Assembly (NCBI RefSeq): GCF_031769215.1
Contig: NW_026781892.1
Span: forward strand, 1,054,001 to 1,118,000
Direction of reading: 5' to 3'
DNA length: 64,000 nucleotides
DNA from: Ylistrum balloti
Lineage: Eukaryota
Under the pieces are notes generated by a model. It was not told where the DNA came from and searched no databases. It saw nothing but the letters and a program-made list of their open reading frames with translations. Shown piece after piece: positions 53,791 through 64,000 of the stretch. Positions within the stretch are counted from its first letter, which is position 1. Each line of letters begins with the position of its first letter. The translations under genes were made by a program, and so were the position numbers.

Positions 53791-53829
53791 GAACAGTGAC
53801 CAGACCTTTTTCACCTTTGGTAGCCAAAG

Positions 53830-54335
53830 ATTATAGCCCAATTGTGGTTTTGGTGAATTATCGCCCAATTGTGGTTTTGATGAATTATAGCCCAATTGTG
53901 GTTTTGATGAGTTATAGCCCAATTGTGGTTTTGATGAATTATAGCCCAATTGTGGTTTTGATGAATTATAGCCCAATTGTGGTTTTGATGAATTATAGCC
54001 CAATTGTGGTTTTGATGAATTATAGCCCAATTGTGGTTTTGATGAGTTATAGCCCAATTGTGGTTTTGATGAATTATAGCCCAATTGTGGTTTTGATGAG
54101 TTATAGCCCAATTGTGGTTTTGATGAATTATAGCCCAATTGTGGTTTTGATGAATTATAGCCCAATTGTGGTTTTGATGAATTATAGCCCAATTGTGGTT
54201 TTGATGAATTATAGCCCAATTGTGGTTTTGATGAATTATAGCCCAATTGTGGTTTTGATGAATTATAGCCCAATTGTGGTTTTGATGAATTATAGCCCAA
54301 TTGTGGTTTTGGTGAATTATAACCCAATTGTGGTG
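53830..54335. repeat. 27-bp minisatellite
   Basis: Unit attatagcccaattgtggttttgatga, about 18 near-identical copies; produces YSPIVVLMN ORF artefacts. Confidence 0.97.
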
Positions 54336-54949
54336 AAAGGATGAAATATAGGAAAAGATTGAAAGAGGAAAAAAGAAAACACTGATTTGGGAATTGTGGA
54401 AATCTTCACAATAATTGGAAAAAATGTGATGATAAAGGGGATTGAACACATTGGTGTATGTTGATTTTATGTGAATCCCCTTCAGTATATTATGCAAATG
54501 TCAAGGTGGCAATAACAACAGTTTCCATGTAGATTTGCCTTCGTTTTTGTTTTGTGATACATCAATATTAGTATTTTATGTGTACAATGTATGTTATATA
54601 TAGTTTTAAGATATCAAGGTTTTATCTCACAATATCTGCGGAAAACTTATCCTGTTTGTTATTCGTCAGTCAAGTCCGATTCACCCATGTTTTGTCGTTC
54701 TTAACATACAGGTTTCCGGACATCAAAACAACACAGTAGTAGTAAAGAAGCCTAGCTCCTTAGTCTTTATTTAAAAAATCCAGGGATTATTCCTGCTGAC
54801 TGAAATTGAAATTAAAAATTCTTTTAAATTATTTTTGTTACTTTTGTTTATAAATAGAATTATGTGATTACTTCCAAATATTGCTACCTGGAAATGTCTT
54901 TTAGATATTACATCATTATAGCAGGTAGAATCCTCTCCTTATCAGCAAG

Positions 54950-56690
54950 TCAAAAAGTGTTTTGTACAAAATTTTCAGGATGCCAAAGTCTAACTTGCAT
55001 CTCAGAAGTGTTGGAATGTCAGAATAATGCTTGTGTCACAGAACTGCCAGGATTTTGAAATCCTTTGGACAGGGTATGGAGATTACTTTGCACCAAATAT
55101 ATCTTAATGTTTCTCTTTCATTCCAATTTCTAGGATGTAGAAATTTCCTCTGCAATACAAATGATCTTCGACAATTTTAAGGAAGTTAAAAATTATGTTG
55201 CTTCATTGAAAATCTACCCTGCAATGGGGAATTTCCAGGATCTCATTGAAAATTTTCCCAGCATGAAGAATTTAGAGGAACTCATTGAAAATCTACCCTG
55301 TATCAAAGAATTTCCATTAACTCAAAATCGCTGTCACATCAGACTTCTCAGGAAGTCAAAAAACCTTACCATACCAAAATCATCAGGAAGTTTTTAAATT
55401 GATTGCATCACAAAACTGCACCAGGAAAATTCAAAGCTCTCTTACATTATTGTGAAGAAAGTCAAAGTTTCACTCTCATTTAACACGAAAGTTGAATACT
55501 TGTTCAACAAATTAGTTAAGCCATTAAGCTCACTCTCTCTGAATCTCTTAATCACAGAATTTTCTTGAGGTTTAAAGAGTTAACGATTTTTAATGACGTG
55601 AAGCTTAAATTTGCATTACAAATTTGACTGAAAATTCAAAAATTGTCTGGTATCACAGAATCTCTCTTATGTCTTATGACAGAATTATCAGGAAAATCAA
55701 ACCGTCTTATTGTGATGAAAGTGTTTAAAAGTCGGTTGGACTTGCTCTTCAGAATTGTCAATAAGCCGTCTTAATCTCTAAAACATGGAGAATTATTTTT
55801 CTCAAACATGAAACACTTTTCAGGTAGTTCATATTTCCTAGGTCACTGAATTTGCAGGAAGATGATATTGTTAACATCACTGAATTTGCTGCAGTGAAAG
55901 TTTTTTAAGGGAGAATTTTACATTACACTGATGCTTGCTTTACAGAATTTTAGGGACATCAGAATCTCTCTCTTCTCATAAAATCTATCCTTCAGAAAAT
56001 TTTCCAAAAGGTGAAAACCAATTAGGTACCACTTTAAAGAATATCAGTTGTGTTGCCGAAGTCTGAAAGTGGTAATGCACTATCGCCAAGTGAAAATCTG
56101 TCCTGGTTTCAAATATTGCTTACCATGGTAAATCATATATTCTTTCTTAAATCACAGAATTGAGAGGATGTTTAAACAACTTTTGAAATCACAAAAGTGT
56201 TGTGGAAAAGAAGGATGCTTGCTTCACATCGTTTTTATTCAGTGAAATCCCCCAAGTCCACAGAAAGTTTATCATGTAGTGAAAAATTCGCGATCACACT
56301 CCATACAAAAAGGGTTTTACAGTTGGAATGACGCGTGCTTTACAGGAAGTCGGAATAACAATCGTATTTACGTCATGATATAGTCAAGAAAGTGCCAATT
56401 TTTCTGTGCATATTCAGGGTGTATGAAAATCGGTCATATGTAAGAATTTTTATGGGATTTGTAGGGAAGTGAAAGTCACTATCAAATCGCTATCTATTCA
56501 CGAAATTCAAAATCTCGCATGGATTATGAAGCTGGTAGGAAAGTGATGATCTTGCAGTATAAAAGTCAAAATCACAAACATTTCACAACATTATCTGGAG
56601 AGTCAAAATCACAAACATTTCACAACGTTGTCTGAAGAGTCAAAATCACAAACATTTCACAATGTTTTATGGAGAGTCAAATTCACAAGC
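54950..56690. repeat. Old degenerate repeat tract ending in a 37-bp repeat (56564-56690)
   Basis: Recurrent atcacagaatt(t)..cagga..tcaaa motifs; terminal unit agtcaaaatcacaaacatttcacaacattatctggag, 3-4 copies. Confidence 0.55.
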
Positions 56691-57109
56691 AGGTGACACG
56701 TATATAAGACGGCGTGTAGTACAAAGCTCTCTTGTTCTGTGTTGTTTTTCGTTGATTGTTCAACAGCTTTTCTAGTTCATTGATATGACGAGTCCAATCC
56801 AGGTAATTGCCTTGATAATGTTAAGGGTGACTCTCACCTAACCTAGGACGTAATCTTACCGTCTTAAGCAGCATAAAGAACTAGTCACTGTTTTAGCATA
56901 GTAAAGCCCCATTGCTGTCACCCAATATTGTAACTCTTCTCAAAGACTTCTGTATAAAGATATATCTTTTGTAAACTACAACAGCGAAGCATGTCCGACC
57001 TTTGTTACTTACTTCCGTGTAATATACATACATTTATTTATCATTTACGGCTGCCATCTTTTATTGTCATGAAGCACTCACGATCAACAGGCGTGTATGT
57101 TCGAACTGA

Positions 57110-57650
57110 CTTAATAAATCCCGCACCGGAAACCGGAGGGGACATTATTTTTGTAACCGTCCATTCCCTCCGCCATTTTGTCCACTCCCCATCCTCTACA
57201 CAACTAATCACGGGACTTATTACTTGAGGTCTTCACCTTGTTGAGGTGGTATATCTCGTATCGAAAGTAGTTCTTACTTCGGATATGGGTTCACATTGTT
57301 GAAACGGCGTGTCTCGTATCCAAAGTAGGTCACTTTGACATGCATTTTGACCTAAGACCTTTATCAACGAAAAGGTGTGTCCGGGGCCATATCTTTTACA
57401 AAACTAATCACGTGGACTTAATGCTTTGGATATAGGTTCACTTTCGTAAAATGGTGTGTCGCGTATCAAAAGTAGGTCACTCTGACCTACCTTTTGACTT
57501 TTGTCCTACATCAAAGAAAAAGTTTCTCTGAACCCTATCGTCTACACTGCTAATTGCGAGAACTTCGTACTGTGGGTATGAGAGAACCTAGATGAGACGT
57601 TGACTTAATACTTAGGATGTGGGTTCACCTTGGGGTTCCGGTAAGCGTCT
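57110..57650. mobile_element. Non-autonomous element with internal subrepeats (HINE-like)
   Basis: Blocks actaatcacg.gactta and ggttcac...ggcgtgtc.cgtatc.aaagtaggtcact are repeated 2-3 times; CpG-rich relative to flanks. Confidence 0.5.
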
Positions 57651-58569
57651 GTAATTCGCCAAATGGTCTTGTTCCTGTAAACTGACAAGATAACTTGAAC
57701 TGACTTTCATTGATCAATAAATATATATATTCCTAATTCTCATGGGAATGCGTGGTATTATTTGATTGACTAATATTTACACGGCGTGTGTCGTCGATGA
57801 AGTAGAAGACGCTTTTCATTCCGGAACAGTTTCTCCTTGTTCCCCGCTTCATTGGATCAGTGTAATCATAATTTGCCCATGTTTTATCGTTTTTGTCATT
57901 TTGTTAACACGTCAATAACTTTTTGGTGCATTTTACTTAAGAATAGATTGTTAATCTCGAACACCGAGAGTAAAAAAATCACTTGACAGATATATCGTAT
58001 TTATAAATTCTGTCTGTTAGTGCCAGTCCCACGATATAGTTCAAAGTGAACTGCTTACCAGGAATACACAGTGTGTTATCAATGTCTGAAATTATACACA
58101 ATAATGTGTTAAGTTGTAATTCACTGATCAGGACAAGAAACAAAATAACACCGATAGTGCAGTTTAATCAACGTAATGTGTAGTTCGCCCGATTGGCCTG
58201 ATAATAGAAAGAACATCTGATATTTATATTTCAAATGTCTGTTGAAATGAGTAACCTCTATTTTCGGAATCATGGGCGGCGCTGAAAACGACGCCTGTTG
58301 GTGTTAGTCATACCGAATTTTCTTTTTCAACTCGTGCTGCTATGAAATCATCTGTTATCGTAATTAGGTACATCACCGTACTGTGTATATAACTAATGCA
58401 GTTGGCACATTCTGAAGTTTATAATCCTACACCACCTCAATCTCAAACAAGCATTTCAATATCTTTTAGACGGAACACTCATTTTGCCAAAGTTATGATC
58501 TGATGAACAAGTTGTCGATATAATTTGTATTTACACTGGCAATGCTAGAGTATATATAGATCATACTCT

Positions 58570-61500
58570 ACTGTATTCACACTGACGGTATCAGGGTATG
58601 TATTCACACTGACGGTATCGGGGTATGTATTCACACTGACGGTATCAGGGTATGTATTCACACTGACGGTATCGGGGTATGTATTCACACTGACGGTATC
58701 GGGGTATGTATTCACACTGACGGTATCGGGGTATGTATTCACACTGACGGTATCAGGTTATTTATTTACACTGACGGTATCAGGGTATGTATTCACACTG
58801 ACGGTATCAGGGTATGTATTCACACTGACGGTATCGGGGTATGTATTCACACTGACGGTATAGGGTATGTATTCACACTGACAGTATCAGGTGATGTATT
58901 CACACTGACGGTATCAGGGTATGTATTCACACTGACGGTATCATGTTACGATTCACACTGACGGTATCAGGGTATGTATTCACACTGACGGTATCAGGGT
59001 ATGTATTCACACTGACAGTATCAGGTGATGTATTCACACTGACGGTATCAGGGTATGTATTCACACTGACGGTATCATGTTACGATTCACACTGACGGTA
59101 TCAGGGTATGTATTCACACTGACGGTATCAGGGTATGTATTCACACTGGCGGTATCAGGGTATTTATTCACACTGACGGTATCGGGGTATGTATTCACAC
59201 TGACGGTATCAGGGTATGTATTCACACTGACGGTATCAGGGTATGTATTCACACTGACGGTATCAGGGTATGTATTCACACTGACGGTATCATGTTACGA
59301 TTCACACTGACGGTATCAGGGTATATATTCACACTGACGGTATCAGGGTTAGTATTCACACTGACGGTATCAGGGTTAGTATTCACACTGACGGTATCAG
59401 GGTATGTATTAACACTGACGGTATCAGGGTTAGTATTAACACTGACGGTATCAGGGTATGTATTAACACTGACGGTATCAGGGTATGTATTAACACTGAC
59501 GGTATCATGTTACGATTCACACTGACGGTATCAGGGTGTATTCACACTGACGGTATCAGGGTATGTATTCACACTGACAGTATCAGGGTATGTATTCACA
59601 CTGACAGTATCAGGTTATGTATTCACACTGACGGTATCAGGTTATGTATTCACACTGACGGTATCAGGGTATGTATTCACACTGACGGTATCAGGGTATG
59701 TATTCACACTGACGGTATCAGGGTGTGTATTGACGGTATCAGGGTATGTATTCACACTGACGGTATCAGGGTATGTATTCACACTGACGGTATCAGGGTT
59801 AGTATTCACACTGACGGTATCAGGGTTAGTATTCACACTGACGGTATCAGGTTATTTATTCACACTGACGGTATCAGGGTATGTATTCACACTGACGGTA
59901 TCAGGGTATGTATTCACACTGACGGTATCAGGGTGTGTATTCACACAGACGGTATCAGGGTATGTATTCACACTGACGGTATCAGGGTATGTATTCACAC
60001 TGACGGTATCAGGGTTAGTATTCACACTGACGGTATCAGGGTTAGTATTCACACTGACGGTATCAGGTTATGTATTCACACTGACGGTATCAGGGTATGT
60101 ATTAACACTGACGGTATCAGGGTCACACTGGTATCAGGGTTAGTATTAACACTGACGGTATCAGGGTCACACTAACGGTATCAGGTTATGTATTCACACT
60201 GACGGTATCAGGGTATGTATTCACACTGACGGTATCGGGGTATGTATTCACACTGACGGTATCAGACGGTATCAGGGTATGTATTCACACTGACGGTATC
60301 AGGGTATGTATTCACACTGACGGTATCAGGGTTAGTATTCACACTGACGGTATCAGGTTATTTATTCACACTGACGGTATCAGGGTATGTATTCACACTG
60401 ACGGTATCAGGGTATGTATTCACACTGACGGTATCAGGGTGTGTATTCACACAGACGGTATCAGGGTATGTATTCACACTGACGGTATCAGGGTATGTAT
60501 TCACACTGACGGTATCAGGGTTAGTATTCACACTGACGGTATCAGGTTATGTATTCACACTGACGGTATCAGGGTATGTATTAACACTGACGGTATCAGG
60601 GTCACACTGACGGTATCAGGTTATGTATTCACACTGACGGTATCAGGGTTAGTATTAACACTGACGGTATCAGGGTCACACTAACGGTATCAGGTTATGT
60701 ATTCACACTGACGGTATCAGGGTATGTATTCACACTGACGGTATCGGGGTATGTATTCACACTGACGGTATCAGGTTATTTATTTACACTGACGGTATCA
60801 GGGTATGTATTCACACTGACGGTATCAGGGTATGTATTCACACTGACGGTATCAGGGTATGTATTCACACTGACGGTATCGGGGTATGTATTCACACTGA
60901 CGGTATCAGGGTATGTATTCACACTGACAGTATCAGGTGATGTATTCACACTGACGGTATCAGGGTATGTATTCACACTGACGGTATCATGTTACGATTC
61001 ACACTGACGGTATCAGGGTATGTATTCACACTGACGGTATCAGGGTATGTATCACACTGGCGGTATCAGGGTATTTATTCACACTGACGGTATCGGGGTA
61101 TGTATTCACACTGACGGTATCAGGGTATGTATTCACACTGACGGTATCAGGGTATGTATTCACACTGACGGTATCAGGGTATGTATTCACACTGACGTAT
61201 CATGTTACGATTCACACTGACGGTATCAGGGTATATATTCACACTGACGGTATCAGGGTTAGTATTCACACTGACGGTATCAGGGTATGTATTCACACTG
61301 ACGGTATCAGGGTATGTATTCACACTGACGGTATCATGTTACGATTCACACTGACGGTATCAGGGTATGTATTCACACTGACGGTATCAGGTTATGTATT
61401 CACACTGACGGTATCAGGGTATGTATTCACACTGACGGTATCAGGGTATGTATTCACACTGACGGTATCAGGGTATGTATTCACACTGACGGTATCAGGG

Positions 61501-62400
61501 TTAGTATTCACACTGACGGTATCAGGGTTAGTATTCACACTGACGGTATCAGGGTATGTATTCACACTGGCGGTATCAGGGTATGTATTCACACTGACGG
61601 TATCAGGGTAACACTGACGGTATCATGTATTCACACTGTACGGTATCAGGGTTAGTATTCACACTGACGGTATCACACACGGGGTTATGTATTCACACTG
61701 ACGGTATCAGGGTATGTATTCACACTGACGGTATCAGGGTATGTATTCACACTGACGGTATCAGGGTATGTATTCACACTGACGGTATCAGGGTAAGAAT
61801 TCACACTGACGGTATAAGGTTATGTATTCACACTGACGGTATCAGGGTTATGTATTCACACTGACGGACACTGGGGTTCACACTGGTATCAGGGTATGTA
61901 TTCACACTATTCACACTGACGGTATCAGGGTATTATGTATTCACACTGACGGTATCAGGGTTATGTATTCACAGGGTTAGTATTCACACTGACGGTATCA
62001 CACTGACGGGTTATGTATTCACACTGACGGTATCAGGTTATGTATTCACACTGACGGTAATGACGGTATCAGGGTCACACTGACGGTATCAGGTTATGTA
62101 TTCACACTGACGGTATCAGGGTTAGTATTCACACTGACAGTATCAGGGTTAGTATTCACACTGACGGTATCAGGTTATGTATTCACACTGACGGTATCAG
62201 GGTATGTATTCACACTGACGGTATCAGGTTATGTATTCACACTGACGGTATCAGGGTTAGTATTCACACTGACGGTATCAGGGTATGTATTCACACTGAC
62301 GGTATCAGGTTATGTATTCACACTGGCGGTATCAGGGTTAGTATTCACACTGACGGTATCAGGTTATGTATTCACACTCACTTTAATAAGGTATATTGCT
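58570..62400 (-). repeat. 27-bp minisatellite, about 140 copies
   Basis: Plus-strand unit gtattcacactgacggtatcagggtat with variant units; the source of all VNTYPDTVS/FTLTVSGY/IHTDGIRVC ORFs. Confidence 0.98.
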
Positions 62401-62449
62401 TTCTACAGGCATCTTCGATATTCCAGGGGTTCATATCACTTTCGCCCCT
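62382..62449 (-). CDS. Candidate exon of an unidentified minus-strand gene
   Basis: Open frame RGESDMNPWNIEDACRKQYTLL ending at AA|gtgagt, which is colinear with the array unit; a possible partner exon 58380-58314 (TVMYLITITDDFIAARVEKENS|gtatga) fits the phase. No family recognised. Confidence 0.3.
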
Positions 62450-63419
62450 CTGCAAATACTACAGCGGTTTTACAGATTCAGTTAGGATCACTTTGATTGA
62501 AACAAGTAATGATACTCCATTACTTGCCAGATAAAACTCTCAGATTTAGTTCTTGCCTAGACTATAAACTTTTAATGATGTTCGTACCGTTCATCTTCTG
62601 ATAAACGTGTATGTGGAGAACTGTGAACTGGTCGGGCCGCCCCAAGTAAACCCGTAGTCCGTCGAGTTCAATGTAATGGGATGATGTGATGCTTTGTCAG
62701 TTATACACTAGTATTGACTTCGGACACCTCGCCCCGTAAAGGTCGCTGACGTTTATAGGATCATATATGAATCTCGCTCTAGGTTTTGTCCGCAATATAT
62801 TCATACTACACTGTCAAGTGTCAGTCCAGTCACGCTCCGTGCGTTCTCTGCTCCCCCGCGGGCCTCTAAAAGAATCAGTATAAACGAGAAGGAAAGGTCA
62901 TTTCAGTGGAAGTGTAACGTCTGACCTTTGACTCTGTAAAGGGCTTTGGTCACAGTGTAAATATTGGCCCGAGGTAAACAACAGGCCGGCTGGCAGTAGC
63001 TGAGGGTAAGTGTGTATGTTACAGCGGTACTGGAACAAATGATTACCGAGAGAAATGTGTGAAGCTGGAGGGAGATTCTGGGGGAGAGTATAAGATACAG
63101 GTGTGCACCTGTCGATACCTGTTGCTAGAGATACGTACACGTGTGATTCTGACCCCAATGTAAACGGGATCAATTGGAAACGTGGGATCAATACACGTGG
63201 AAATTGTAAACAAACTCTGTACGGCAAGCTACGGGGTGCTACCTCTACCAGACGATAATTTGCCCCCGTATAGAATTAGTACGACGGTGGAGGTATGTCT
63301 TGATGAACCCTGTATCTAAGGTTATTGCGAATTTTGAACTCGTTACTCATAATGTCAGAAGTGTTTGAATGACCACGCTGAAACCCGAGTAGGCTCCCGA
63401 GAAGCTTCACGTGAAGTGC

Positions 63420-63680
63420 CGAGAATAGTAAGCTCCAGAGACGCTTAACAGGACAGTACCGAGGACAGTTAGCTCCACAGAAGCTTAACAGGACAGTACC
63501 GAGGACAGTTAACTCCAGAGAAGCTTAACATGACAGTACTGAGGACAGTTAGCTCCAGAGAAGCTTAACATGACAGTACCGAGGACAGTTAGCTCCAGAG
63601 AAGCTTCACATGACAGTACCGAGGACAGTTAGCTCCAGAGAAGCTTCACATGACAGTATTGAGAACGGTAAGCTCTAGGA
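63420..63680. repeat. 40-bp minisatellite
   Basis: Unit agctccagagaagcttaacatgacagtaccgaggacagtt, about 6 copies. Confidence 0.93.
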
Positions 63681-63740
63681 AAGTTCCGCATAGTTAGCTT
63701 CCAAGATATGGAGCGAGAATATTTCTAAACTTGCACCGGC

Positions 63741-64000
63741 ATGGAAGACACAAAGACAAATATCGATTTTATTGACGAATGTGTGGCTGAACTACGGCTT
63801 GATAATGACGTAACACCAGAAATGTTACAGGTAACAAAAGATTCGACAGTTAGAAAAACAGATGGGATAAAAGTTCTCTCAAATTTTAACGTCTGCTCAG
63901 AGATGACTGATGACGAGCATGTTAAAGGTGTTGTCCGGGTAACGGAAGACGAGGAGTGCACAACGACAGTAAAAAGTGCTATCATGTTAACACTTAAACC
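63741..64000 (+). CDS. Unidentified acidic ORF running off the window end
   Basis: ATG at 63741, open to 64000: MEDTKTNIDFIDECVAELRLDNDVTPEMLQVTKDSTVRKTDGIKVLSNFNVCSEMTDDEHVKGVVRVTEDEECTTTVKSAIMLTLK; possible upstream donor GAGG|gtaagt near 63005. Confidence 0.5.
   Translation, partial: MEDTKTNIDFIDECVAELRLDNDVTPEMLQVTKDSTVRKTDGIKVLSNFNVCSEMTDDEHVKGVVRVTEDEECTTTVKSAIMLTLK

Noticed and set aside
53781-54497. YSPIVVLMN / GYNSSKPQL / HQNHNWAII repeat proteins
   Set aside because: The 27-bp repeat is open on both strands, with no splice or promoter support.
54864-55397. LRR-like peptides (VLECQNNACVTELPGF; IENFPSMKNLEELIENLP)
   Set aside because: The period is 13 aa rather than 20-29, frames are interrupted, and the DNA belongs to a degenerate repeat tract extending to 56690.
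58545-61864. VNTYPDTVS / FTLTVSGY / IHTDGIRVC ORFs
   Set aside because: Artefacts of the 27-bp array.
28262-63680. Regularly spaced direct repeats as CRISPR arrays
   Set aside because: Units are contiguous with no unique spacers, there are no cas genes, and the context is spliceosomal eukaryotic genes.
63725-63985. Minus-strand 86-aa ORF as the real gene
   Set aside because: It is the antisense shadow of the more protein-like plus-strand ORF starting at 63741.

Overview
AT-rich eukaryotic (metazoan) genomic DNA. The repeat style suggests a bivalve mollusc, which is an inference. I assembled five spliced genes by hand, and all splice phases were consistent: centromeric histone CENP-A (-, 4 exons, 138 aa), LSM2 (-, 96 aa) head-to-head with PSMB1 (+, 6 exons), and a divergent EDF1/MBF1 (-, 143 aa) head-to-head with BAG6/BAT3 (+, 22 coding exons, about 1401 aa). 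An unidentified ORF runs off the right end. The window also holds a 5'-truncated L1/Tx1-type LINE, two MITEs, tRNA/SINE relics and many minisatellites. The most striking pattern is that several large intronic minisatellites are not random: their repeat unit is a copy of the adjacent exon-intron junction. This gives arrays of tens of decoy 5' splice sites (after BAG6 exons ending at 32266, 36033, 39755 and 50023) or branchpoint/3' splice sites (before the exon starting at 49775). Two arrays keep the BAG6 reading frame open (16-aa and about 19-aa units). The same rule points to a hidden minus-strand exon at the edge of the 3.8-kb array at 58570-62400. No prokaryotic features or CRISPR arrays were found.
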